From: an uncultured delta proteobacterium
GTDB taxonomy: Bacteria; Desulfobacterota; Binatia; UBA9968
Direction of reading: 5' to 3'
DNA: 64,000 nucleotides
Assembly (NCBI GenBank): GCA_963760795.1
Contig: CAVXEP010000029.1
Coordinates: 224,001 to 288,000 of the forward strand
Part shown: piece after piece, positions 21,753 to 32,098 of the stretch
Numbering within the stretch: the stretch's first letter is position 1
Layout of the letters: every line of letters begins with the position of its first letter
Notes under the pieces: model-generated
Seen by the model: the letters and a program-made list of their open reading frames with translations, nothing else
Database searches by the model: none
Told to the model about the DNA's origin: nothing
Position numbers and translations under genes: made by a program

Positions 21753-23130
21753 TTAAGGTTCTTCTTTGATTTCCGCCTGCGGCAACAGCGTGCGCATCTC
21801 GAATATCGAAATCATCGGCAGGAAACGGATGAACAGAAATACCAGGCTGAGGAATAAACCGATGGTGCCGGCGAAAGTCGCAACATCCCATACCGTCGGT
21901 AGATAATTACCCCACGACGAGGGCAGGAAGTCGCGATGCAGACTGGTGATGACGATGACGAAGCGTTCGAGCCACATGCCGATGTTGACGATGATCGCGA
22001 TGACGAACAGCAAGATCGGGTTGGCGCGGACGCGAGCCGACCAAAGCGCCTGGGGCACGATCACGTTGCATAGTATCAACGCCCAGTAAGCTGGCGCGTA
22101 GGGGCCGAGCATACGATTTTTCGTCATGTACATTTCAAATTCGTTAGCGCTGTACCAGGAGGCGAACAGCTCCATGAAATAGCCATAGGCGACGATCAAG
22201 CCGGTGGCGAGCATAATTTTCGCCATGTTTTCCAGGTGCCGTGCGCGTGATGAAATCTTGCAAGCCATAGGCCGCGCGTAGCGGGATCGCCAGGGTCAGC
22301 ACCATGGCGAAGCCCGAATAAATCGCGCCGGCGACGAAGTAGGGCGGAAAAATCGTCGTGTGCCACCCGGGCACGATGGCGACGGCAAAATCCAGACTGA
22401 CCACCGTGTGCACCGAAACGACCAGCGGCGTGGCGATTCCAGCGAGCAGGAGATAAGCGGCTTCGTAACGCTGCCAATGGCGCGCCGAGCCGCGCCAACC
22501 CATGGCGAGAATGCCGTAAACCACTCGCCCGGCGCGGCTCTGCGAACGATCGCGCAGCGTGGCGAGATCGGGGATCAAACCGACAAACCAAAAGAGCAGC
22601 GAAATCGTCAGATACGTCGATACCGCAAAGACATCCCATACTAATGGACTGCGAAACTGCGGCTGCAGCCCTAGGGTATTGGGATAAGGGAATAGCCAAT
22701 AGAAAAGCCACGGCCGGCCGAGATGCAGTATCGGATATAATCCCGCGCAGGCGACGGCGAACAGGGTCATCGCTTCGGCGAAACGGTTGATCGAAGTGCG
22801 CCATTCCTGGTGCAGCAACAACAGAACTGCGGAAATTAGCGTGCCGGCGTGGCCGATGCCGATCCACCAGACGAAGTTGACGATGGCGAAGCCCCACGCC
22901 ACGGGAGCATTGACACCCCAGATGCCGACGCCTCTGACGAATAAGTAAGCGACGGCGAACAGCAACAGCATGAGCAGAGAAAAAGCGGCGCCAAAGCCGG
23001 CCCACCAGCGCATGCCGGTGGGTTGCTGCAGAACGATGGCGCCGATTTTGTCGCTGACCGAGGCGAAGCTGTGGCCGGGAGCGATGAATGGAGAATTCGT
23101 TTCAGCAGATTGGCGATCGGTCGACTGCAT
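21753..23130 (-). CDS. actC: Alternative complex III subunit C (NrfD/PsrC family); +1 frameshift near 22245
   Basis: [38 protein letters not shown]; one-base removal restores DFITARHLE. Confidence 0.93.
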
Positions 23131-23154
23131 TGTTTTATTCGAACAGGTTCACGG

Positions 23155-23443
23155 TTAGCCACGCTGGCTTACGTTTTCATGAGACTCAAATAAGACCGAA
23201 AGAATAAGCAAGGTGAGCGCGGCCAATTGGAGCACGAAGCGGATGGCATGACCGGTTTCCCAACTCGACCGCAACTCCATCCAGTTGGCAGGAACAGAAG
23301 TCGTCGTGGCGGCGCGGAAAGCTTCATTTGCCGGCGCCGTCGTAAACCATTTTGGCCGGGCGTTCTAGCACGTGGGCAAACGCCAAACCGGTCAGGAGAG
23401 CGACCGTTAAGAGAGTGATGAAACGGTAAATGTTAATTAGCAT
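23155..23443 (-). pseudogene. DUF1772-like membrane protein gene with an internal deletion
   Basis: MLINIYRFITLLTVALLTGLAFAHVLERPAKMVYDGA is joined out of frame to APANEAF..VPANWMELRSSWETGHAIRFVLQL..; the central helices expected in the family are absent. Confidence 0.7.
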
Positions 23444-23517
23444 AGGCGCTAATTGACCTGCGACGCCTGACGTGGTGGCTGGCTTAAGCGGGGAAGCGCG
23501 CCGACCAATTTCTCAAG

Positions 23518-24009
23518 TTAAGTTTCTACATTCGCTTGGCTAGTGGCCGCGTGGGACAGCTCGGTCTGTGACCGAACCCCGGACCACCAGACCAGGGCGA
23601 TGAAGAGCACCTGAAGCGCGACTCTCGGTATCAGCGGTGTCGCAGGCGCGCCACGGAGCGTGACGCCCGACTGTGCAGCGTAAATGTTTGCCGGCAACAC
23701 GGCGACGAGAAACAGCACTAGCGCCACCGCAGCAAGGCGACGTGTCTGTGGCACGAGGAGGCCGATGGCACCGAGTATCTCGCAAAATCCTGTAAATGAG
23801 ACGATGAATTCGGCATTGGGCACCTGGGGCGGCACCATCCGTATCAGGTCAGGCCGCATGCTGTTGAAGTGCGCAGCGGCGGTAAAGCAGAACATTACTG
23901 CCAGGCCGACTCTTGTAGCGGTGGCCCAATCCCGCAGCGCTGTCACGCCAAGCTGGCCGATTAATCGCGCGAGTACAGTGACGACGATCAGAATGATCAG
24001 CGGTGCCAT
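23518..24009 (-). CDS. DoxX-family membrane protein
   Basis: AAHF..MVPP..TGFCEILGAIGLL..LPANI motif. Confidence 0.85.
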   Translation of the reverse strand: MAPLIILIVVTVLARLIGQLGVTALRDWATATRVGLAVMFCFTAAAHFNSMRPDLIRMVPPQVPNAEFIVSFTGFCEILGAIGLLVPQTRRLAAVALVLFLVAVLPANIYAAQSGVTLRGAPATPLIPRVALQVLFIALVWWSGVRSQTELSHAATSQANVET

Positions 24010-24154
24010 GATCTGGTTGCGAATCTTTCTTTCTCGGTCTGAACAAAGATAGCAAACTTCTCACTGGAAAACGCCGGTGGAAACCAGCGGACTGGCGGTC
24101 ACGGCGAGCGTGCCTTTGCAGGATATTGCGGGTGCCACTTGCGCAGTTAAAAGC

Positions 24155-27100
24155 TTACTCTTTGGAGCTGCCCTTTTTGAGTTGCGGATTCGGATTGCGC
24201 AGTGCGGCCAGATAGGTTGTCCGCGGACGGGTGTTGAGTTCTTCGAGCAAGCTGTAATTGCGCGGATCGGCTTTTAGGGCCGCGACTTTGCTCTTCGGAT
24301 CGTTGAGATCGCCGAAGACGATGGCCTCGGCGGGACAGGCTTGCTGGCAGGCGGTGACGATCTCGCCGTCCTTGACCCGCCGCCCTTCTTTCTCGGCTTC
24401 GATCTTGCCCTGGTTGATGCGCTGCACGCAGTAGGTGCATTTTTCCATGACGCCGCGGCTGCGCACGGTGACATCCGGGTTGCGCTGCGCTTTCAAACTC
24501 TCGATGTTCCAGTCGGAAAATTGCAAAAAATTAAAGCGCCGCACTTTGTACGGACAGTTGTTCGAGCAATAGCGCGTGCCGACGCAGCGATTGTAGACCA
24601 TGTCGTTGAGTCCTTCGGCGCTGTGCGCCGTCGCAGCCACCGGGCAGACCACTTCGCAGGGCGCATTCTCGCAATGCATGCACGGCACCGGTTGGACAAA
24701 GGTTTGCGGATCGTCCGGTGTGCCTGTGAAATAGGTATCGATTCGCAGCCAGTGCATTTCCCGCGAGCGCAGCACCTGGTCTTTGCCCACCACCGGAATA
24801 TTATTTTCCGACTGGCAAGCCACCACGCAGGCATTGCAGCCGAGGCAGGCGTTGAGATCGATGGACAGGCCCCACTTGTAGCCGTTGTACTCGTACTGCG
24901 GATAAAGCGAGGGGTGTTCCGACTCGCCCTGGGCAAAGTTGGGCTTGGCGACAAACTCCTCGAGGGTTGCCGCGCGGACGATGTCGCGTCCCTCGAGAGC
25001 GTGGTGAATCTGCGTCGCCGCCAGTGCCAAGCGCTCGCCGGATTTGCCGATCTCGGCGCCGCGCGCCGACCACAGCGCGTCGGCGGTGCGCAAGCGGTAA
25101 GCATCGAAGCCCACGCCGCGGCCCACCGGACCGACGCGGCTGCGGCCGTAGCCCAGCTGCAATTCTATCGTATCCTCGGCCTGTCCCGGGACAATCCATA
25201 CCGGCGCGCGCACCGTGCGGCGGTTCAATCTGACCTCGATCACGTCGGCATCGACGTTGCCGCCGCGCAAGCCGACAGCGGTATTGAGCCCCAATCGATT
25301 TGCCGTGGCGGGACTCAGATAGGCGGCGTTGTCCCAGGTGAGCTTGGTGAGCGGCTTGGGCAGCTCCTGCAACCAGCCGTTGTTGGCAAATCGGCCGTCG
25401 AAGAGGCCCGGGTCGGGCCGGAACACGAGTTCCAGAGACTTGGGATTTTGCCGTTGCGCATCGGCGGCGTCGGCAGATTTTGAATTTTGCATTGGTAATT
25501 TGCCATCCGCGCTCTCGCCCCCTGGCAAATTGCGCAACTGAGGATTGGGACGAGGCAACAGCGCTCGCAGCCAGCTTTGGCGTCAGCGGTTTTGCTGCAA
25601 ACGCGCTATCTTCGACAAGGCCGTCGTGCAGACTCTTGCGCCACCAGCGCGTGAAATCGCCTTCGGCTTTGCCTGTCTGTTTGCGCCAGTGCTCCCTGAC
25701 AATGTCGTAGCCGGACTGTGCCGGCTGCGCACTCAACGCGGCAAGCAATTCATGGGCGGTTCGGCCTTGGTAGAGGGGCGCGATGAGCGGTTGTAAAATC
25801 GTCGCCGTGCCGTCATAGGCGCGCGCGTCGCTCCACGATTCGAGATAATGCGCGGCAGGGATATGCCACTGGCAAAGCGCGGAGGTCTGATTGATCTCGG
25901 AGCTCAGATGGACGCGCAGCGCGACTTTGGCCAGGCCTGCGGCAAAATCAAGATCGGCCGGCGCGGTATAGACCGGATCGCCCTCGATAATAATCAACGT
26001 CGACACCGCGCCACGCGTCATATCTTGCGTCAGTTCGCGCAACGAAGCGATTTCGTTCACCGGATCCGCTTGCACCGGTTCCGTGTACACGACCGTCTGT
26101 CCGACATTACCTAAAGAATGGTTGATGGCGTGGGCGAGGGCGTGCACGGCGATCGGTTGCGCTTCGCTAACCAAGACGAGACTCTTGCCGCGATGCTGCT
26201 GCAAATCGGCCGCGACCGCGCTGAGCCAGCGCTCATGGTCGGTCGTAAGCTGGCCGCCGCTGGCGCCCAATCGCGCCGCCAAGGCACGCGCGAAGGGTTC
26301 CATCGCGCTGGGCGGTAGCGCGAGCCGGTGATCGGCCTGGGCGCCAGCGCTGCTTGGGCTCGATTCAATCGCATACAAACGATTCATTGCCGGCGCGCCA
26401 CCGCCGACGCGGCGCCGCCGGGCGAAGTCATGAGCGTAGCGCAAATAACCGGGACTGCATGACAACAGATCGGCGCCGAAAGCAAGGATGATATCGGCTT
26501 TGTCCAAACGATACTGGGTTTGCGCATAGCTACCGAAGGCGAGCAGAGCGCCGGCGCGGGTATGGTGGCAGCCTGCGGGTTCCCACTGATGCCATCTTGC
26601 CGCCGGGTACTCTTTTAAAAGCCCGCGCAACTGCTCGGCTAAAGTCGGCGAGCTGACGGCGCCGGTGAGGATTCTCAAGCCCCGGCCTTGAGTTTTTTTC
26701 TCCTGTTCAAGGACCGCGCGCAGGGCTACGACAAAGGCGTCCCACGGCCGGATTTTCCCCCCATAGGTGGGGGTTTGTGCGCGCGCCGGGTCCCACAGAT
26801 CGAGCACCGATGCCTGGGCATAAACATCGGTGGCGCCGAGACTGGCGGGATGCAGTGGATTGCCTTCGACCTTGGTCGGCCGGCCCATGTGGCTTTCGAC
26901 CAATAACCCTGTGGCCAAACCGGCGAGCGGCATGGCGGTGGCAAAATACAACGGTTGGCCGGGGACGATTTCTTCCGGTTGGCGAACGTAGGGCACGATG
27001 GTCTCGGTCGGCGCGCGGGCGCAGCCGGCGATTCCGGCCAGTGCCAGCGAAGCACCCATGAGTTTCAAGAAGCGGCGCCGGCTCACCGGATCGAGCGCGA

Positions 27101-27191
27101 CGTCGACCTGGCTGGAATATTCGCGCCGGATAAATTCGCGAAACTCTTCGGTATCGGCAAATTCTTCTAGCGTGCGCCAGTAGTTATTCAT
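24155..27191 (-). CDS. actB: Alternative complex III subunit B (Tat-exported molybdopterin-oxidoreductase-like domain plus Fe-S domain); +1 frameshift in the 25440-25560 linker
   Basis: SRRRFLK Tat motif, GRPTKVEGNPLHP, CLGCNAC..C, CMHCENAPC..C, CVGTRYC..C, KCTYC..C. Confidence 0.93.
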
Positions 27192-27232
27192 CGTCGTACG
27201 CGATTGAACGGTTTCAACCGGGCCAGAAAGTA

Positions 27233-27892
27233 TTATCTGTGACAGGTCGAGCAGCTGGTCAGCTCACGCGGGTTGCGGATGTTGTATTGCTTGACCAATT
27301 GCCGTCCGAGTACGCGTTGTTCGCGGTCCGGTCGCCAATTCATGTTGAAAACCTGCTCGCGCGGGCGCAGGTATTGTTCCGGCGCACGATGGCAGTTGAG
27401 GCACCATTCCATCTGCAGAGTTTGGTCCTGCCACATGAGCGGCATGCGATCGACAGGGCCATGGCAGGTGACGCAGCCGACGCCCTTCCATACATGGATA
27501 CTGTGATTGAAATAAACGAAGTCGGGAAGGTTGTGCACTCGGGTCCAGCGGATCGGCGTACCGGTTTGAAAACTATCGCGCAGCGGTTTCAAGACATCGC
27601 TGCCGGACCAGATTTGCGAGTGACAGTTCATGCAGGTTGCGGTGGGCGGTATGCCGGCGAACGACGAAACTTCTACCGCCGTGTGGCAGTAACGGCAGTC
27701 GATGCCCAAACCGGCGACGTGATGCTCGTGGCTAAACGGCACCGGTTGCGCGCGCACGACATCGGTCTCGGTAATATAAGAAGAACGGGAAATAGCCGCG
27801 ATCAGCCAAAGGACCGCGCCAAGCAAAAACACCAAACCAAAAATACTTAAGCGGGCGATGGTGTTAGTGCTGCGATGAAAAATTTGAGACAT
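27233..27892 (-). CDS. actA: Alternative complex III subunit A, pentaheme cytochrome c
   Basis: N-terminal TM; five CxxCH (CRYCH, CMNCH, CVTCH, CLNCH, CSTCH). Confidence 0.95.
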   Translation of the reverse strand: MSQIFHRSTNTIARLSIFGLVFLLGAVLWLIAAISRSSYITETDVVRAQPVPFSHEHHVAGLGIDCRYCHTAVEVSSFAGIPPTATCMNCHSQIWSGSDVLKPLRDSFQTGTPIRWTRVHNLPDFVYFNHSIHVWKGVGCVTCHGPVDRMPLMWQDQTLQMEWCLNCHRAPEQYLRPREQVFNMNWRPDREQRVLGRQLVKQYNIRNPRELTSCSTCHR

Positions 27893-27963
27893 CGAAGCGG
27901 TGCAAAATTGCGGGCAAACTTCCGTCTATCGTGCATGCATAACGCCGCACCGTAGGTGAGGTC

Positions 27964-27979
27964 AGCAACGTATGTGCCA
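27964..27979 (-). promoter_or_regulatory. Sigma-54 promoter of the ACIII-caa3 operon
   Basis: TGGCACATACGTTGCT, a perfect TGGCAC-N5-TTGC consensus about 70 nt upstream of actA. Confidence 0.8.
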
Positions 27980-28397
27980 GTATGGAACGATGCGCTGGTC
28001 GGGATGTTTAGGCCAAGCGCTGCAGGGTCATTGGAATTGCTCGCTAAATAAAATACCGGGTCGGCATCCGGAAAAAGGTAGATCTTCATATATGTTGCGA
28101 TCGAGCCGCACAATTGCCGGCTTGCTTATTTAATCACTGCAAGAGTGCGCAGCGATATCGGCTCCTGCTTGTCGTCATCGGCGGCGGTCGGTCTATTTCC
28201 CGGTCTCTTAGCAACACTGAGAAAAACAAAGTTTTTTGTTTCGCTCCTGGGACACGGCATTTAGTGGCCGGGCCAGCCGTGGGTGGTTTAACCCATGAAT
28301 ATCCCATCGGTGAGACGTGGACTGTAGCCATTGTCCGAGGGTCGCAACAAAATGGCAAGCCGTTCGAATGTTTTACGCCGTTTTGCTTGTGCAGCGG

Positions 28398-28413
28398 TGG
28401 TACACGCTTTGCG
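28398..28413 (+). promoter_or_regulatory. Sigma-54 promoter of ku-ligD
   Basis: TGGTACACGCTTTGCG about 50 nt upstream of ku. Confidence 0.7.
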
Positions 28414-28462
28414 ATTATACTCTGGGTCAGCTACTTGACGGCGCGTACAACCTGGAGTGAGC

Positions 28463-29344
28463 ATGGCGAAAACCGCTACCAAAAAAAAGCCACGGAGAAA
28501 GACCAGAGAGCACCCGTCCACGCGGTCGATCTGGAAAGGCACCATCAGCTTCGGCTTGGTTAATATCCCCGTCGCGATGTATTCCGCTGAAAACGAAGAA
28601 AAGCTGAGTTTTCGGCTCCTTGACCGCCGCGATCTTGCGCCGGTGCGCTATCGGCGGGTTAACGAAAAGACCGGCAAAGAAGTGCCCTGGAACGAAATCG
28701 TCAAGGGTTATGAACACGAGAAAAATGAATATGTCGTGCTCAGCGATAGCGATTTCGAGCGCGCCAATGTCGAGGCAAGCCAAACTATTGCCATCGCCGA
28801 GTTTGTCGACGCCAAGGAAATCAGCCCGGTTTATTTCGATAAACCTTATTATCTTGCGCCGTTGAAACATGGGGAAAAAGGTTACGCGCTGTTGCGCGAG
28901 GTCATGCGCCGCACGGCCAAAGCCGGCATCGCTCGGATGGTGTTACGATCGCGCGAATATCTCGCCGCCATTTTGGTCCATGGCGAGGTTTTAGTGGTGA
29001 ATCTTTTGCGCTTCGCCCACGAGCTGCGCGGGGCGCAACCCCTCGACGTGCCCGGCAAAGACCTAAAAAAACTAAAAATCACCGACCGAGAAGTGACCAT
29101 GGCGAAGGATCTGGTGGAGACGCTCGAAGAACCCTGGCGTCCCGAGCAGTTCCACGAACAATATTATGACGATTTGATGAAGATCATCGCGGCAAAAATC
29201 AAAAGCGGCAAAACCAAGACGATCGAGGAGGAACACGATCGCCCGGCGGCGCCGAAGTCGAGCAAGGTGGTGGATATCACAAAGCTATTGAAGCGCAGCT
29301 TAGAGCAGGCGCAACAGCCGGCGCGGCGCCGTAAAGCCGGCTGA
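28463..29344 (+). CDS. ku: Non-homologous end-joining protein Ku
   Basis: RSIWKGTISFGLVNIPV, IVKGYE, YFDKPYYLAP; basic C-terminal tail. Confidence 0.96.
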   Translation: MAKTATKKKPRRKTREHPSTRSIWKGTISFGLVNIPVAMYSAENEEKLSFRLLDRRDLAPVRYRRVNEKTGKEVPWNEIVKGYEHEKNEYVVLSDSDFERANVEASQTIAIAEFVDAKEISPVYFDKPYYLAPLKHGEKGYALLREVMRRTAKAGIARMVLRSREYLAAILVHGEVLVVNLLRFAHELRGAQPLDVPGKDLKKLKITDREVTMAKDLVETLEEPWRPEQFHEQYYDDLMKIIAAKIKSGKTKTIEEEHDRPAAPKSSKVVDITKLLKRSLEQAQQPARRRKAG

Positions 29345-29355
29345 CGGAACTCGCC

Positions 29356-30954
29356 ATGGCGCTTGAAATCTACCGTGACAAACGTAATTTTCGCCGTACT
29401 CCCGAGCCGCGCGGTGTGGCCGGAAAAAGTCGCGGCACGAGCTTTGTCATTCATAAACATGCGGCGCGCCGGCTGCACTACGATTTTCGTTTGGAGCACG
29501 ACGGCGTGCTCGTCAGTTGGGCGGTCCCCAAAGGCCCAAGCCTGGATCCCGGCGAGCGCCGATTAGCAGTCAAAGTCGAAGACCATCCCCTCGATTACGG
29601 CGCTTTCGAAGGTAACATCCCCGAGGGCGAATACGGCGCCGGCGCGGTAATTATCTGGGACCAGGGTCGCTGGATTCCCGAGGGCGATCCGGCCGCCGGC
29701 TTGCGCAAGGGTCATTTGCGCTTCCGTCTGGAAGGAAAAAAACTAGCCGGCGAGTGGTCGCTGGTGCGCATGGGAAAGGCCGCCGCTAAAGCCGGCAAAG
29801 AAAACTGGCTGTTGATCAAGGGCCGCGATCGAAACGCTCGAACGAAGGATATTCTCGCTGACAAACCGAAGAGCGCGGTCTCGGGCAAAACCATTGAAGA
29901 AGTTCGCGCCGGCGAACCGGCTAAACTGCGAAATTTAAAATCTGACATTCAAGATTTAAACATGGCACCGCGCGCTTCACGGTCCAAACTGCGCAAAACA
30001 AAAACTACAATCCGAAAATCCAGCTCTGTCCTGATTTCCCAACCGAACCAGGGTGCCGATACCGAGGAGGATAAGATCGCTGGCGTTCGCCTTACCCATC
30101 CGGAACGGGTTCTCTATCCCGAACAAGGGATCACCAAGCGCGACCTGGCGCTTTACTACGCAGAAATTGCCGATTGGATTTTGCCCCATTTGAAAGATCG
30201 ACCATTGACCTTGGTGCGATGTCCGGAGAGTTACGACCAGGAATGTTTCTATCAGCGCCATGCCAACGATATGCTGGATGAATCTGTGCTCCGGCTGCGC
30301 ATGAAGGAAAAAGGCCGGGGGCGCGACTATATCGCCGTCGATTCGTTGAAAGGCGTGATGGCGCTGGTGCAGGCGGGTGTCCTCGAGCTGCACACCTGGG
30401 GCGCGCGCCGCGACCGGCTCGATCGTCCCGATCGTTTAACTTTCGATCTCGACCCCGATCCATCGCTGCCTTGGCGCGCGGTGGCCGAGGCGGCGCGCCA
30501 GCTGCGCGCGCGCCTGGCGGATTTCGGGCTTGGCGCTTTCTTGAAAACCACCGGCGGCAAGGGACTGCATGTGGTGGTGCCGATCGCGCGTACCATCGGC
30601 TGGGACGAAACTAAAGCATTCGCCAAAGCGATTGCCCAGGGCATGGCCGCCGAAGAGCCAAAAAAATATCTGGCGGTGATGTCAAAAGCTAAGCGGCAGG
30701 GAAGGATTTTCATCGATTACTTGCGCAATGGCTGGGCCGCCACCGCGGTGGCGGCTTTTTCGACGCGCGCCCGCGCCGGCGCGCCAGTGTCCGCGCCGTT
30801 ATTCTGGCACGAACTCGACAGCTGCCGCGGCGATACTTTCAATCTGAAAAATATCGGCGCGCGGCTGGCGCGCTTGAAAAGCGATCCTTGGGCCGATTAT
30901 GAAGCGGCGCGCCGGCCGCTGACGGCGGCGCTGCGAAAAAAAATAGCTGCGTGA
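29356..30954 (+). CDS. ligD: LigD-type protein with 3'-phosphoesterase and primase/polymerase domains only (no ligase domain)
   Basis: PE: HAARRLHYDFRLE, SWAVPKGPS. Pol: FDLDP, KTTGGKGLHV, IFIDYLRN. The ~60-aa linker has no room for a ligase domain and no KxDG motif. Confidence 0.88.
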   Translation: MALEIYRDKRNFRRTPEPRGVAGKSRGTSFVIHKHAARRLHYDFRLEHDGVLVSWAVPKGPSLDPGERRLAVKVEDHPLDYGAFEGNIPEGEYGAGAVIIWDQGRWIPEGDPAAGLRKGHLRFRLEGKKLAGEWSLVRMGKAAAKAGKENWLLIKGRDRNARTKDILADKPKSAVSGKTIEEVRAGEPAKLRNLKSDIQDLNMAPRASRSKLRKTKTTIRKSSSVLISQPNQGADTEEDKIAGVRLTHPERVLYPEQGITKRDLALYYAEIADWILPHLKDRPLTLVRCPESYDQECFYQRHANDMLDESVLRLRMKEKGRGRDYIAVDSLKGVMALVQAGVLELHTWGARRDRLDRPDRLTFDLDPDPSLPWRAVAEAARQLRARLADFGLGAFLKTTGGKGLHVVVPIARTIGWDETKAFAKAIAQGMAAEEPKKYLAVMSKAKRQGRIFIDYLRNGWAATAVAAFSTRARAGAPVSAPLFWHELDSCRGDTFNLKNIGARLARLKSDPWADYEAARRPLTAALRKKIAA

Positions 30955-30981
30955 AACTCCAAAAACAAGGAGGAAAACATT

Positions 30982-31446
30982 ATGGGGGCGACAATTGCCA
31001 AACATCCGATCCATCCGATGCTCGTTGTGTTTCCCATCGGACTGTGGATTTTCTCGCTGGTGTGCGATCTGGTTTATCTCTTCGGTCCCGCTAATCCTTT
31101 GTGGCGTGACATGGCGTTCTACACCATGGCGGGCGGCTGGATCGGCGCACTGGCCGCGGCGGTGCCCGGCTTAATCGACTATTTCGGCATGAGCCCGGGC
31201 GCAGCCAAGCGCACTGCTACGACCCACATGACGCTCAATCTCGTCGTCGTCACGCTCTATGCCATCAATCTGTGGATTCGTTGGGCAGGGGACGGAGCCG
31301 GCGGCTGGCCAGTGGGGTTATCGGTGGTTGCGGTGCTGCTGATGGCGGCCGCCGGCTGGCTCGGCGGCGAGCTAGTCTACGTCCACGGGGCCGAAGAAAA
31401 GCCTCAAGCGGCCCGGCCGCAGCGCGATCGGCGCCGGGTGGCATGA
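30982..31446 (+). CDS. DUF2231 membrane protein
   Basis: HPIHPMLVVFPI, AVPGLID, GWLGGELVYVHG. Confidence 0.9.
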   Translation: MGATIAKHPIHPMLVVFPIGLWIFSLVCDLVYLFGPANPLWRDMAFYTMAGGWIGALAAAVPGLIDYFGMSPGAAKRTATTHMTLNLVVVTLYAINLWIRWAGDGAGGWPVGLSVVAVLLMAAAGWLGGELVYVHGAEEKPQAARPQRDRRRVA

Positions 31447-31497
31447 TCGCTGCACGCCAGATTGGTTCACTCAATAATCCAGAAAGGAGGACGGAAC

Positions 31498-31755
31498 ATG
31501 GAATTTATCGGCTGGATTTTTTTCGGGTTGATCGTCGGTGTCATCGGAAAACTGCTGATGCCGGGTCGAGATCCCGGCGGATTCGTGGTCACGATTCTGC
31601 TCGGCATCGCGGGCGCATTATTGGGCGGGTTTCTCGGTCGGTCGTTGGGGCTGTACCGAGAAGATGATCCGGTGGGATTCATCATGGCTGTAATCGGTTC
31701 GATCATCTTACTAATGATCTACCGGTTCGCGGTCGGGCGACGCCATACGGTTTAA
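31498..31755 (+). CDS. GlsB/YeaQ/YmgE family stress membrane protein (second paralog)
   Basis: Same signature as 6373-6642; AGGAGG RBS before the ATG at 31498. Confidence 0.92.
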   Translation: MEFIGWIFFGLIVGVIGKLLMPGRDPGGFVVTILLGIAGALLGGFLGRSLGLYREDDPVGFIMAVIGSIILLMIYRFAVGRRHTV

Positions 31756-31812
31756 TCGCCCAGATGAATCCCAGCGGCTAGTCGCCGGGAAATATTCGCC
31801 GGCGGCAAATAG

Positions 31813-31851
31813 GGCCGGACACGGGCTCCGAGGGGAGCGCGTGTCCGGTCC
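31813..31851 (+). terminator. GC-rich hairpin after the ku operon
   Basis: GGCCGGACACG.GCTCC-GAGG-GGAGC.CGTGTCCGGTC; no U-tract. Confidence 0.45.
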
Positions 31852-32098
31852 GCGAAAATTATCAGGGTAAAAGTACCGCCTTATTCAGAATCGATTTGCC
31901 ATACGAAAATGATCCTACCCAACAACCTGCCAAGTGAAGAACAAGAGAGAAGCATCGAAGTCGATAACGGCACAGTCAACATCGCGTGAATCGTACTTCG
32001 GCGGCGATCGAATGAGGCCTAGCGAACAACAGACTTTATCGTTTTATACTTATTAAATTTAACTGTGAATTGCAGTGGGGCAATGAGGAAAACAGGCA

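Noticed and set aside
28114-28563. 149-aa ORF in the actA-ku spacer
   Set aside because: No RBS or motif; it overlaps the ku promoter and the ku start out of frame.
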